Position numbers and translations under genes: made by a program
The notes under the pieces: model-generated
Seen by the model: only the letters and a program-made list of their open reading frames with translations
The model's database searches: none
Told to the model about the DNA's origin: nothing
NCBI GenBank assembly: GCA_964252035.1
Contig: OZ176203.1
Reading direction: 5' to 3' (one strand)
From: Podarcis erhardii
Lineage: Eukaryota
Length of the DNA stretch: 64,000 nt
Part shown: positions 12,340-25,259 of the stretch, piece by piece
How positions within the stretch are numbered: position 1 is the stretch's first letter
How the letters are laid out: every line of letters starts with the position of its first letter

Positions 12340-12990
12340 GAAAATGTTGTATCAGAATGTATCCTCCATATACATTTCCTCAAAGTGTCTGGCAAACCCC
12401 TCGTGGCCAGCTATGATGTGCTCCAGGAATCTGACCCAAGTGCAGGGTAGCTAATCCACAAGGGTAACTAGACCATAAGGAACGACTCTGCTGGCTGACT
12501 CCTCAGGGATGTGATGGATGCAGCAAAGTATGACTTCGTTGCTGACCTCACTGCTGCACAGTGGGCACAGTTATGTATCCTATTATGTGTTGGATCAGCT
12601 TCATAGCAAGGTTTCAACCTTCATCCACCCCACTCCTTCAACCGTTCCTCAAAATACCAAGGAGAATTGCAATCTCCATGGTCAATTATGTCAGTGGCCC
12701 TAGGAATCTCACTGTTCCACAGTGAAATAGAAGCACCGAGAGGATCACTTGGTCAAGCCACTGTAATGTCCCCCAGAGCCATCAGAAATCCATTAGAATT
12801 TATCAACCTCCAAGAGCGGACCACCCCAAGCAGTCCCTTTCTCCTGCAGGATGCAAGACCAAACTTTACCAGGAAGTGGTCTGACCATGACAATAGGGCA
12901 GCATCTAGCCCTCCTGTTTCCAGACCACCACCCTTCCCACTTGGAGCAAAGGGCAAATCAAGGCTGTCCCTTGCTCCGTCCTGTAGGGCA
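12340..12990 (-). mobile_element. L2 LINE ORF2 relic (endonuclease C-terminus and linker)
   Basis: Minus-strand translation LDLPFAPSG...LLSWSDHFLVKF...VVRSWRLINSNGFLMALGD; the SDH motif marks the end of an APE endonuclease; stops downstream. Confidence 0.8.
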
Positions 12991-13077
12991 CATTGCAGAG
13001 CAAGATTGCACTGTGTTATAAGAAAAACCTGCTCCTTTTCCCTTATGGGGTACCCAAGAGCCCGTATAGAGTCCTTA

Positions 13078-13337
13078 TGTAGGTTCTCTATTGGTGGGAG
13101 AACACAACAGAGGTCAACCAGAGAATATGGAGAAGCAAAGCAGCTAGTAAGCCTGATCTTTATTAAACTGTTGCAACAGGGTGCTTGCTCCCCCGCCCCA
13201 TGCAGGAGGGAGGAGGAACCCAGAACCATGGTGTGCAAGCCCTTATTTAGACTTTTGAAATTACCACCCTGTAGCTCAAGTAGCTTAAGACTACCCCCCA
13301 ATACATCAGACATACATCACAGAAGAGGCGGTCTACA
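13078..13337 (-). mobile_element. Probable solo LTR
   Basis: Ends TGTAG...CTACA; TATA-like (taaataaggg) and AATAAA on the minus strand; no clean TSD. Confidence 0.55.
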
Positions 13338-13379
13338 GTAGAATCCTGTCTGGCTGGAAACCAGTTAATGGGTTTACCT

Positions 13380-13573
13380 TAGTAGTGTCCAAACTTTTTT
13401 TAAAGAGGGCCAGATTTGATGAAGTGAAGGGCCGTGAGGGCCGACCAGAGGGCCAACCAAAGTTGTTAACCTTTTTTTAGGATTGAAGTTGTTGAGGTTT
13501 TTTTAGGATTTTACCCCAGGAAATAAACTGCCACAGGGGCTGGATTAAACTGGCCGGACTTTGGACATGCCTG
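13380..13573. mobile_element. hAT-type MITE with exact 8-bp TSD
   Basis: TSD GTTTACCT at 13372-13379 and 13574-13581; TIR (ta)gtagTGTCCAAA / TTTGGACATGCCTG. Confidence 0.85.
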
Positions 13574-14420
13574 GTTTACCTGGACAACCTAGCAATTCTT
13601 TTGTGATGATAAATACTTAATTCCTGAGTCCAGGTCACAGGCTTACCCTATTCATACACAAATGTGCCCTTAAGGCGGGATTTGTGAGCACAGAGACAAT
13701 GGGGAGGCTTTTCCCATTTCCTTCCAAACTGCAGCGTAATATTTGAGGTCACTGAAAGAGTCAAAATGGCTTTAGGACTGTTTTCCTGTACTGCTTCAGG
13801 CATGTGGTTTATATATTTATGTATGTGTTTGCCTGGTACATTTATGAACATTTATTTTATATCTTAGACCTTATAATTCTCATAACAACTGCAAGACCAG
13901 AAAGGAGAAAGCAAGCAACTGTAATATTTCAAAATCATAATATTTATGATAAATAATAATCATTATTTATAAAGGACCTCAAAAGCTAGGTGCTGTCTGA
14001 TGATTGAGTTAAAAAGAAGAAATCCTACCTGCAGTCTTGAAGTCAAAGATAATATAGGTATATAATGGGGAACTAAACTTTGCAGGCTTTGCAAATGCGG
14101 TGAGGAAAATTGAGGGAGAATAAGCGTTTGAAACGTGAATAAAAGCACTTCAAACCAAAACAGTACAAGCTTTTTCTACGGCATGGTAATAGATCTAACA
14201 GATAACTTTCAGACCACAGGTATTGGAAACAAAACACCAGCACTCTAGCTTTCAGGACTGCTAAACACAACTGAGAGAACCTGAGTAGCAGCACACCTTT
14301 GTTTCCTAATCCCCTGCGGTAGACAAAGTGGCTGAGAGTGTTTCTCCAGCTGGATGCAATGAGCAAGGAACAGCAAAAGGAAGTTTGGGCTGTACTGGAC
14401 AATGAATATACTGATAGGAG

Positions 14421-14910
14421 TTTATGGTTGCTAGACCTTTCCCTGGATTCAGTAAGTTTAATAATTTAATAAAAGTTTAGGGTGTTAAAATGTGTGCCAG
14501 ACCACTGTAAACCCTGGATCTAACAAGTGTTAAAAGCTAATTAAGACAGCCAGAGATTAGAGAAGAGAGCTGGGAGCAATGTGAGTTGGAAGCTGAGAAT
14601 AGGGCGTAATGGGACGGAGAAACAAAATAACAAGCAGGAGAGTCGGAGCAACGTTTGAGAGAAATGTTCAATGTCCCTTTGAATCCAAGGCTGTGGCTAC
14701 AGGAGAAACAAGACCCTTTGGGAGTGTTGCTATGAATCCCTCAATCGTAGGCTCAGGTTGTATATATTCGTAAATAACCCCACGATCATAAGGATGCCAC
14801 ACAGTCTCTGCTGTGCCTCATTCCAAAGGCAAACACAAACCCTGGGTAAGTGCCCGGAACTCCTGGGCTTTCGCAGTGCTCAGAGATTGGTTTTGACATG
14901 CAACAATACA
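14421..14910 (+). mobile_element. Solo LTR-like element, family shared with 24772-25259
   Basis: Imperfect terminal inverted repeat tttatggttgc...tgcaacaataca; shares blocks GAATCCAAGGCTG, GGCTCAGGTTGTATATAT, CAGTCTCTGCTGT with the second copy. Confidence 0.65.
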
Positions 14911-15296
14911 GAGCTCTCATTGAAGAAACATGCATGAACACTTTTTCTCCTGATGCCTTATTAGGTCTTTTTACTTTTTAAATATGATTGTTACACAGTT
15001 AGGCTTTTGTGTACCTCTTTTGCAAATGCAAAGTTTTTTTCCATTACTTCCCCCCAAAAAACTGTGCAGGGAGAACTTAGGGTCAGTAGGCCAGGGCTGC
15101 CACAGCAGGGAGAAGTGACCTGCTTTGGAGCACTGTGATGGGGAGATAGATGGAGGCAGAAAATAGTGGCTGAGATTTGCAGCAAGATTTTATTATTATT
15201 ATTCATGTGTTGGCACTATAAGGGACCAGAGGGCACTATTTGGGACCATTTGGGGCAGCATGCAGTATCATCTTGGAGCACTCAAAGGCTGCAGTA

Positions 15297-15335
<39 letters not shown>
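15297..15335. repeat. (AAT)n microsatellite
   Basis: Direct reading. Confidence 0.95.
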
Positions 15336-18300
15336 TTTAAAGCTGCAAAATTTTCATACGACCCATTTTCAGAAAAATTTTCCATGTGTTTGGGTACATT
15401 CATGAGCCCAGTCTGCATTATAGGTAACCTGACCCTCTGTTTCAGCACCACAAAAAGCACTGTATTTCAAATGCTGTTGCCCTAAACTTTGTTAAACAGC
15501 AACTTAGCCCAAGTCTGATCAGTCCTGATGAGAAACAGCAATGTAATTTACATATTAATCCTCTAAGGATAAAGCAAATGTTGAGGGTGACTTGTACCCC
15601 TTGGAACCCTTAAATTTCATTTAAACAGGCACTTGCTGTTAGTTTGTCTGAAGCAAGGTAATATCATTGTCTTGATAAATCAGTGCAGTGCCACTGCTGG
15701 CTCATGTTCAGTTATCATCTGTAATCATCTCCAGATCATTCTCTAAAGTGCTGTTGCTTGGTTGCCATACGTTTGATGTGTTGGCATTATAAGTTTCCTT
15801 TACCTTGGCACGAAAATGGCATCAAAGTAAGTGTCAGACAAGTTTCTTTGCAGAGAGCACTCCATGGGCAGGGTGCCACAATCAAGGAGGTTTATTTCCT
15901 GTTAGCCATCTGTTGTACTTCAAACTGGCGCTGCATTAGAAATCCCTCCCACTTTTTGTTATTTAACATTCTCCAAAAAAAATTCAAAACTGCATTAAGA
16001 AAGTATCAGAAAGAAGATTCTGGTGAAATCATCCTGGGTGGGAGGTATGGTTTTGTTGTGCTTGCCGTACTTTCAGGGTTGCCAAGGGCTTTTTGTGAGG
16101 ACCCCTTCTTTCATTCTATAAAGCATCTCTCCAGGGGTCTGAGTACCTGGGTATTTCCTGAAACCCCCATGACAGCCTCAGCCTGGCTTTCCTATAAGCA
16201 TGGGAAGGTGGTGAGGCTACTTACTGTGCATCTGACTGCTCATTGTTTTTCGAGTGAAGTCTTTTTACCTTTAAGGGTTGAAAGATATATTTTAAAGATA
16301 AAAGGAAGAGCATCCCTTAAAGGCAAAATCTATGAGTGCAGGAATCTCAGGTACTCAGTGGCCAGCTGCGCCAGCCTCCCATGCTCCAATGTATGTGGTG
16401 GGGGAAACATCATCTAGTAACTTCTGTCATGGGGTTTTTTTCAGATCAGGAAGTACAAGAAGTTGGGGAAGCCACAGAACACTGGGAAAATGTTTAATAG
16501 AAAGTTCTGTTCTCAACCACTTCACAATGAACCCTGCACTGACCAAAATTATAAAGCAATTCTAAAGTCTCCTGAGAATGGAAACAGAGAAATGGAAGCC
16601 TCTTTTTTTGTAGGGAAAGGCATTTTTGAGAAATCAGATGACATGTTTTGGCACACCACTAATTCAGACAGTGGAGGTACTCAGAGAAGAGCTCTGCTGA
16701 AGACCTTTGAGTACAGGTAGTGGGTAATATTCAACACTAATCCTTCCCAGAGGAGGCCTGTTGAAATTAAGAAACAGGACTGAGGTTCATTCATTTCAGT
16801 GGGTCTACTCTGCATAGGACTTGATCTAATACAAACCAGATGATTGTTTGGGGACCCTGCAGTTACTTTCTAAAATGCCCTCATAGCATGGTGATATAGT
16901 ACCTTCTCTTTTACCTATAAGCAATTCATGAAGTGGTTTAAAGTTCGTAACCAGGTCCTGTTTATTGAACTTGCATTCCAATTTGTTTGAACAAAGCTTG
17001 TACAAGGGACACACTGTATCTACTGTTTACTGAGCATCCATGCTGATTTGTGTACACAAAGGTTATACAACTTCCCATAAATTAATTGTTATTCCACACT
17101 TTCTAGTGTATTTTCACATCACTTTCCGTACTTCAAAAGTCATTTTTTAAAAAAGTAGTTTTTGTACATAAGAGTTCCAGACCACTTTAACCTTCTCTAA
17201 TTGCCCAAATCTAAATTTGCCAACGTGCGGCTGATCCCCTCCTGCAATACAGTAACAGTTTGGAGGCGGTCCAGGAATTTGTCAGGTTTTAATATCGTTG
17301 TAAATTTTGATTTGTTAGCTTCTTTGGAAATTTTTGTGGCATTATACGTCCATGAAATGAATGAAGCGCAGACATAATATGGCCATACTTTACATTCATC
17401 TAATTCAGCCTAACAGCAATAATTTGAAGTAGGCTGTTGTTGTTTTCATTTTATAGAACAACACAATGAGGCCAGGAGAAAATTGACTTTACCAGATTCA
17501 ACCATCATATACATAGTACCATAATTTGAACCCATGTCCCAATCCAATATAGTATTCACAGAACCCTGTGTGCATTTCTTTTTTCTGCTAAACTAGTTTT
17601 CTTATCTCGACAAATAACTGGTAGGAGTAGCAGATTTTGTTCCCACTCTGCCTAGTACTAAATACCTTTATTCCTATAGGTGCTTACATATGCATTACTG
17701 AGAGAGAGAGAATAATTTGAGGAACTTTATGCATTTTTCTTCTCTTTCCTTCCTCTTTTCACCCTTTTTAAAAATCTAAGCATGTGTAACTCTTAATGAA
17801 TAAGGCCATGTATTCACTTGAGAATGGAAAGTGTATTTCACTGACTATCAAACTGCAGTGCTTAAAAGCACATTACGAGGGTGTTTTTGAATGGAAAAGC
17901 AAAATTGATGCCCCCCACTGCATATTGGAAATTGCTGTTACTTTCTGAAATGCCCTCATTGCATGCTGGTAGAGCACCTCCTCTTTTACCTACAAGCCAT
18001 TTATATTTGGTTAATCAGAGGTTTGGATAAGCTTGAGTGCTGCCATATAGAGGGGTTTGGGGGAATATATGCTGAATTCAGATTAACTGGAAAATTGGCA
18101 TAATAAAGGTTTGCTGATTGTGCTTTAATGTAGCTGTTTCTTTTAGGGGTAAAAAGAAAGGCAAATGAAGTTCCCACTCCCCAAGAATACCTTCAATATT
18201 CATATATGGAGTAAGGGGTTTCCCCCCCCCCCGAAGGTGACTATTATGAGTCTAAAAATAACACCTTTGGTTACATTGTTGAGAATGTCATTTATAAAGG

Positions 18301-18539
18301 CTATCCATCTTCACAATTCAGAGCACAATTTAGGCTGCAATCCTATACCTACTTACCTGGGATACTAGACTGACAACGGCAACTTTTTGCAAGTATTGAT
18401 TGGACGAGGATAGCTAAGCTTATTTTCTTCGCTAAATATGCCATTTTAAAAAAAATCTGTCAGTGTGGAAGTTGAAATAGGTCTGCTATCCTCCATCTTA
18501 CATTCATTAGTCTCCCATTACTTTATATATTTTTAATAG

Positions 18540-18594
18540 AAAAAGAGGAACTGTTCCAGAATTTGCTGGCGCAGGTGATCGAGCAATTCTCCAG
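18540..18594 (+). CDS. PDE9A: PDE9A exon 6 equivalent, 55 bp
   Basis: taatag|AA...CCAG|gtaata; EKEELFQNLLAQVIEQFSR vs human EREELIQSVLAQVAEQFSR. Confidence 0.95.
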
Positions 18595-19564
18595 GTAATA
18601 TTTTGATGCAATAGTTTTAGTGTAATTATATTTCTCCTTGCATTCATTTCAGCACTGCAGTCCCCAAACAGTTTGCTTTGAGATAAATGCGCCAGCTTTT
18701 CCTCTCATTGTTCTGTATAGTGAATATGGTATGCCTGAGTCATTTAAAAGTTTATACAGGCTAGTCAAGCAGAGAAAGATGAATTAATTGAAGGCTGCAA
18801 TCCAGAACCCAATGGGATTTTCCAGTGACTAAACATGCAATGAATTCACTGGACTCCCCCCCCCCCCTCCATCTTGTAACTGAAAGGAAATAGAATTCAT
18901 CTATGCTGCATTTTGTAAGAGGGATGCAAAATCCCTAGCATTGTTCTAACTAAATCAGAGTGTTCAACTCCTTAGCTCCTTAATAAACCACTTACATGAT
19001 TGCAAAATAAAATACTGTAAAGCAACATAAATGAAGCCACAGAGAAAATATAATCAATGCTGCTGGAATAAAAATCAGGTTATTATATTAAGAAAGGAAA
19101 CATTAATTTACACATACAGACTCTTTAGAAATGTAAAGATAGACACACCAGCCCACACACCCTGTGTGTGAAATCCAGGAAAAACAGAGCTTCTAAAATG
19201 GAGGTTAGCTACCCCATTTATTTCATGAAGGGAAGCTTTACATCCCATTAAAGTAAGCAACTCCACATAGATAAAGATTCCCCTTTATGGTGATAGCTTG
19301 TTAGCACAGTGGGAATTCTGCTATTTGTATATTGGAATAATTTTGCCTGTAGCTGATCACTAGACCAAAGCAACAACTTATTAATGGGGTATCTGCACTT
19401 ATTGGGTTTAAAAAAATAATAATGTATATTTAAATGGATTCAAAGTCTGAGTTTTATATTAATATTTTCCCCATCAACAGAATTCAGGTTTGTTATAAAG
19501 TCACTTAATTGTACAGCTATCAAAGATGTGCATGCATTCCTGTTTAATTTTTTTCTCCCTCCAG

Positions 19565-19635
19565 GGTATTTAAAATTGATGAACTGAAAACCGACATAGA
19601 TAATCACTTGGCAATGCTGGAGAAAAGAGTTGAAT
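19565..19635 (+). CDS. PDE9A: PDE9A exon 7 equivalent, 71 bp
   Basis: ctccag|G...GAAT|gtgagt; [23 protein letters not shown] vs human [23 protein letters not shown]. Confidence 0.96.
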
Positions 19636-21392
19636 GTGAGTATTTTTATTTTTAAAAAAACATAGGCAATTGAAACCTGGAATTAATTTTGTGTCAGTTT
19701 GAGAAGGTGCTGAGCCCCAGAGGTACAGATATATCTCATTAGAACCATTCCTCCTGCCTTTTATCTTATGTGAGGTACAAAACTATACTGAAGAGGGAAG
19801 GGGTGAATCTACAAAATATAGAATTACTCGTTAAAGTAAAAGTCTCAATTTACATTTTGCAACTTTCTGTTACAAGGAATATCTGGAAAGAATTATATAG
19901 AGACCCACCTCCTGTAATTGCACCCAGTTTGTAAATCAATCCAATCCATTAAACTGGAAAGACTCAAGTCCCCAGACCAGGTTTAGGCTCCTATGCATGC
20001 TTGACAAATGTAGCAATCTACAACACCCATACATCCTTATGCCTCCTCTACTTTCTTCTTCCTACGTTTTTTTTTGGGGGGGGGGTGATGCTTTCAGGCT
20101 TCATTCTCATGCTGCTGCTCTCCCAGATATAAAAAGGGGAATGGGAGCTGTGCTCCTAAGACTGCCCATTTGCAGCACAAAAATGCATTTTGCTCAGTCC
20201 AGAATTGTTCATGCTTCTCCTCAACATACTGCTTTCAGTCCAGATTGATTCTCTACATCCTGCCACCCAGAAGGTTTATTTGATGCACATTTGAAAATCC
20301 TCCCTTTCATTAGGCTATTCAGAAGGAAGTGGTGATTACAACATTGTTGAGCAGGTGTTATTATTGTACAGGCTGCTTTTGATCTAGATTTATTCTAGAA
20401 CCTGCCATCCACAATGGCATGTGGATGTTTGAATACGTGTTTGAAAACCCTTCCCTTGGTTAGGTTACCCTCATCGTTTCCTCCCTGCACTTTCCCCCAG
20501 ATGAATGCATAAGGAGCTGGTGGTTGCCACCTTGGCATACACTCAGCCATAATGCCATTGGTCAAGTGTGAATACACACAAACACCCCTATTGCTGGGAC
20601 TTCTTACAACTGTTTTCACCTGTTGTTAACTGGGCAGACTGTGGGGTAATAATATAGATTCAATCTGTAATGACCTTTTATTTTTGGAATGAAACCAGTT
20701 TCTCAAGAAGCACTTCTCAGGGCAAAATAAAAAAATGCAGTAGATCAAGATTGATGGCTTTTGGCAAAGATATAATTCTCCTGACTTCTGCCTGCTTTTC
20801 ATAGGCTGGCTACTTTCTGAAGCCTTCCCCCCAACCCCACCCCACAAGTGCTGCTGAAACACCTATATATTTCCTTTGAAGTTCTCAGTGAACTGGTGGT
20901 AACCATTGGCACACACACGAAAGCTTATACCCAGAACAAACTTAGTTGGTCTCTAAGCTGCTACTGGACAATTTTTTAATTTACTCCACGTAAGTATTAG
21001 GTAGTCTATTGCCCTGAATATACAGGAAGAGGAGAGAGAGAGAGAGAGAGAGAAACAGCAGAGACAGGTTTGCAACCTTATACATCTTGCTTGCCAGTGT
21101 CATTGTGGGAAGTAGGGGGACTAGATGATTATATGTACACAATGAGATAAGCAGACAGAACAGAGAGAGGGAGATTGGGGAAAGGGAGAAAGCTTCCTCA
21201 ACAATCTCCTGGTTGCTAAATGTGGCATAGTTCATAGCCTGGCAGATGGAACAAGGGTGGAGACAACAACAACCCTAAAACAGCACAGCCACTGCCACTG
21301 CCCACCTGAATGTACAGCCAGGACGATACTGCTGCGTTTACTCAGGAGCAAGCCCTATTACACTCAGTGGGACTTACCTCTGAGTAGACATG

Positions 21393-21572
21393 GACTCAGA
21401 TACATTCGTCACATTAATACATTTTGAATGCGTTATAAACATAGAACACCAGATGGCGCCAGAGAGCAAAAAGGAGTTTATATGGATTTTTACATAGGCT
21501 TTTTTTGGGTAACGATTTATAACGATTTCTGACATATTTATAGCGTTTTTAACCTACGTCTAGATCCACCCA
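21393..21572. mobile_element. Short non-autonomous element (possibly Harbinger-like MITE) interrupting a short lizard repeat
   Basis: One end reads gggtggatctagacg on the minus strand; flanked by catg/catg; CpG-rich relative to flanks. Confidence 0.4.
21446..21462 (+). promoter_or_regulatory. CTCF-like motif
   Basis: ACACCAGATGGCGCCAG closely matches the CTCF core CCASYAGRKGGCRS. Confidence 0.45.
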
Positions 21573-21797
21573 TGTATAGGATTGCAGTTTACATTAACAA
21601 GTCACACAGTCTTCCGAGTCTTTGCCCACTAAGTTTATGTCTCTACTAGCAGTTGCACCAGACATCTTAGCCCCCTGAGGTATCAGAACATCTCAGCATC
21701 AGATTAATATCTACTGTTCCATGAGCCAGTTTTCTTAAAAAATCAAGCCTCTCCTCAAATGTCTAGTACACACACAGTATATATATATATGCCTGAG

Positions 21798-21819
21798 GGC
21801 AGGCAGGCAGGCAGGCAGG
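21798..21819. repeat. (GGCA)n microsatellite
   Basis: Direct reading. Confidence 0.85.
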
Positions 21820-22032
21820 TAATTGAAGAGATTAGTTTAGCATTATGAAAAAGAAAATCCTTTGAAAACATTTTGTTTACAAACACAGTGGAGACCACTG
21901 GGTGGTATTCAGCTAAGTTTTACTGAGAGTAATCCCACTGAAATGAATGAACCTAATTTAGTTGTTGCCATTAATTTAATGGGCCTGCTCTGTGTAAACC
22001 CTGGTTGAATACCACCCAATGTACCAAAAATA

Positions 22033-22380
22033 AAAGGTAAAGGGACCCCTGACCATTAGGTCCAGTCGTGACCAACTCTGGGGTTGCGGCGCTCATCTCA
22101 CTTTATTGGCCAAGGGAGCCGGCGTACAGCTTCCGGGTCATGTGGCCAGCATGACTAAGCCGTTTCTGGTGAACCAGAGCAGCGCACGGAAATGCCGTTT
22201 ACCTTCCCACTGGAGTAGTACCTATTTATCTACTTGCACTTTGACGTGCTTTCGAACTACTAGGTTGGCAGGAGCAGGGACTGAGCAACGGAAGCTCACT
22301 CCATTGCGGGGATTCAAACTGCCGCCCTTCTGATCGGCAAGTCCTAGGCTCTGTGGTTTAGACCGCAGTGCCACCCACGT
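22033..22380 (-). mobile_element. Sauria SINE, near full length
   Basis: Reverse complement of the tRNA-derived head and the cctttaccttta tail; flanks GTACCAAAAATA / GTACCAAGAATA resemble a TSD. Confidence 0.93.
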
Positions 22381-24046
22381 ACCAAGAATAGGTTGATATA
22401 TAACCTCTGTTCATTTCCATATAGTTTGCATAGGAGAATCCAGTGCAAGCACACCCAGCAGACAATTTTTCATACATACAGTCCTCTGCTACTGTTATTT
22501 ACATGTGGAAAGGTATGATGGCTTAGCTCCCCAAAATGAGATTGTGGGTACGTTGGCGGTTCTGCTACTTCCCTGCACAGAGCGAAGCCATGGTTGGATA
22601 AGGGCAAACAGGGCTGATGCCTTCCACGGTCTTTCACAACTTGCTCTTCTTTAGCGTTCCTCTTTAAAAGTGGGGGTGAGTGAAATAAGTTTCACTTCAT
22701 TAAAGAGGTAATAATAATTCGTGAAAGCAGAGGATTTATGAAAAATGAACTGACATACTGATGGCAAACTTGGCTTGATAGCAATCAAATTTGATTTCAA
22801 TCAAGCCTGACTCATTAAGACATGTTTTCCTTTTTACACACTACTATTTCTCATTTTCTTTCTTCATTCACCTATTCAAATGCAGCAATCACATTTGCAT
22901 CTATTATGTAAGCTTCTTCTTTTCAGACAAATATGAAAGCTTAATGTCACCCCTGGAGAAGTTCCACTTGACTTGCATTACACAACAAATGGGAGGAGCT
23001 CAGGAGGATATTAGCCTTTTTAGTAGTAGTAGTAGTAGTTTATTAATGCTTGGGCCTTAGGCCATTCACACATAAAGTAGATGGGTACAGTACGAAAACC
23101 AGTAGTATAAAATACTGCATAACATGTCATTACTACCTAGAATCATATATAAAATCGACATCTTGTGTTCCACAACACATGGGAGTAGGAGAATATTGGC
23201 CATTTTATTATGACCAAATGAATCCCAATTAAACACTTGTAAGTTTCCTTGAGTTTCCTAGGTACCAGCTTGAGCACAGCAAGCAAGCAGACTGTGAAAT
23301 TATCCTACTGAGTATGGTGTACACTTAATGCAGTGCCATTTTTTTAAAGTCCTTCAGCAACCAGATAGCAGAAAAAAAGCCACTTATCTATTCAGATTGT
23401 ATTAAGCTTTCAAGGCTGCATGAAATGCATTTTTTGCCACCTGGACACATAACAAGTCAAACTTTTTGCCCTATGCCATACATATACAGGAACAGGATTT
23501 CCTGTGCTGTTTTCAAACCCTGCTTGATATTTAAAGAACAGCATCATATTTTCAAGTAATTATCAAGAACTGAAATTACTTCCCAGTTCCCAGATTAGGT
23601 TATGATCCTCACAGCTTCCTCTTTCATGTCACCTGTTCATTTAATAGGGTGCTTTAAGCCCAGAAAGGACGTTTGTCACAATACAATTACAGCTCTTCGT
23701 ATTGTTAACATATCATTGCAATAGCTTTGTCAGGTGCTTCCATCTATTCATGTTCTGAGAGAGACTCTGAAAAACAGCAAGACAGCTAAATATTGCTGTG
23801 TACTGCTCACAATAGGTACTATGACTGTGAGTTTTTTGGGGGGATCTCCTAAAATCTTGTCAGTTTTAATGATTTATGATGTTTGCCGTACATGCTTGCA
23901 AAGGAACAGGTTTCGGACAGAAGGACCATTGAGTCACTGGCAAACACCACCACTCGGTGCCTTTTGAAAAAATCTGCACAGTTACTGAAATGAGATCCTT
24001 CGGGTTTCTCCATGGTAACCCCCCTGTTGTTTCACTTTGTTGACAG

Positions 24047-24131
24047 TGGAAGGACTGAAAGTAGCGGAGATTGAAAAGTGTAAGAGTGATATTAAAAAGA
24101 TGAGGGATGAAATGGCAGCGAGAAGCACCAG
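24047..24131 (+). CDS. PDE9A: PDE9A exon 8 equivalent, 85 bp
   Basis: tgacag|TG...CCAG|gtaagt; [29 protein letters not shown]. Confidence 0.97.
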
Positions 24132-24443
24132 GTAAGTTCTGCTTTTCTTTTCTTTTCTTTTTCTTTCGTCTTTGAGGAAAACAGCCTCCTCAGAGAGATT
24201 CCTGTATTAAGACTCTTCCAGTAATCCTAAGAAAGCTTACTTGGAAGTAAATCACATTGAGTTCAGTGAGGTTTACTCTCCCAGGTAAGTATGAATAGAA
24301 TTGCAGCCTAATAAACAAATTTGTAATGCTTGATGGTCTGGGGTTGTTATTGTTGTTGTTTTTAAAAAGCTGTATAATCCAACAGCATGTAGTATTATGA
24401 GTTGCGGGGGGGGGGGTAGGCTGTATGCAAGATCCTTCTAATT

Positions 24444-24763
24444 CAGGGGTAGGCAACCTAAGGCCCGTGGGCCGGATGTGGCCCAATCGCCTTCTCAATC
24501 CAGCCCGTGGATGGTCCGGGAATCAGCGTGTTTTTACATGAGTAGAATATGTCCTTTTATTTAAAATGCATCTCTGTGTTATTTGTGGGGCTGCCTGGTG
24601 TTTTTACATTAGTAGAATGTGTGCTTTTATTAAAAATGCATCTCTGGGTTATATGTCGGGCATAGGAATTTGTACATTTTTTTCTTCAAAATACAGTCCA
24701 GCCCACCACATGGTCTGAGGAATGGTGGACTGGCCCACGACTAAAAAAGGTTGCTGACCCCTG
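24444..24763. mobile_element. hAT-type MITE with exact 8-bp TSD
   Basis: TIRs CAGGGGTAGGCAACCT / AGGTTGCTGACCCCTG; TSD TTCTAATT at 24436-24443 and 24764-24771. Confidence 0.92.
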
Positions 24764-24771
24764 TTCTAATT

Positions 24772-25259
24772 CCTAGATCCAGCATGGATTCCATTGCTGG
24801 AATAGCCAGGCCAGCCTAGTAACGGCCTGCGAAGTATGAGTCATTAAGGGAACAAAGGTAGTGTCTCTGTGCTGGAGAACAAATGGGTGGGCCTCCCTCT
24901 CTCAACTGTCTGTTTGTTAGAAAGACAAACAGCCAGAGTGGAGAGTTGAGTGATGTGAGCTAGAAGCTGGATGAAAAAGCTGCAGGCTGGGAAGTCAGAG
25001 AAAGAGAGGCATGGCTGATTTCTGCTGGAATCCAAGGCTGGGGCTATTGGAGAAGCAAGACCTTCTTGGGGTGTTAATTCTGTGAGCCCCTCCATCGTCG
25101 GCTCAGGTTGTATATATGTTTAAATAAGCCATTTATTGAAGAGACACTGCAGTCTCTGCTGTCCCTCATTTCTAAAAGGAACCACGGGACCTGGATAAGT
25201 GCCAGGAACCCCTGGAATCTCGCACAACTCGGAGATTGATGGTGGTGTGCAACAATACA
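24772..25259 (+). mobile_element. Solo LTR-like element, second copy of the 14421-14910 family
   Basis: Shared sequence blocks and identical 3' terminus TGCAACAATACA; 5' end probably split by the hAT MITE at 24444-24763. Confidence 0.6.

Noticed and set aside
12667-13341. 224-aa + strand ORF (and 186-aa - strand ORF)
   Set aside because: The + ORF is the antisense shadow of an L2 ORF2 relic fused to an LTR-like piece. The - ORF is partly that L2 relic. Neither is a host gene.
15735-15826. AG...GTAAGT-bounded 92-bp candidate exon
   Set aside because: Not a multiple of 3, stop in the frame needed to join exon 6, and a weaker acceptor than the candidates reported.
15758-16417. 219-aa ORF in PDE9A intron 4
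   Set aside because: No recognisable domain, no in-frame ATG near the start (the track's first codon is TTG), no coding-like composition; treated as chance.
14421-25259. Paired LTRs as one full-length provirus
   Set aside because: The copies are clearly diverged, no gag/pol lies between them, and the interval contains PDE9A exons 6-8; they are independent solo insertions.
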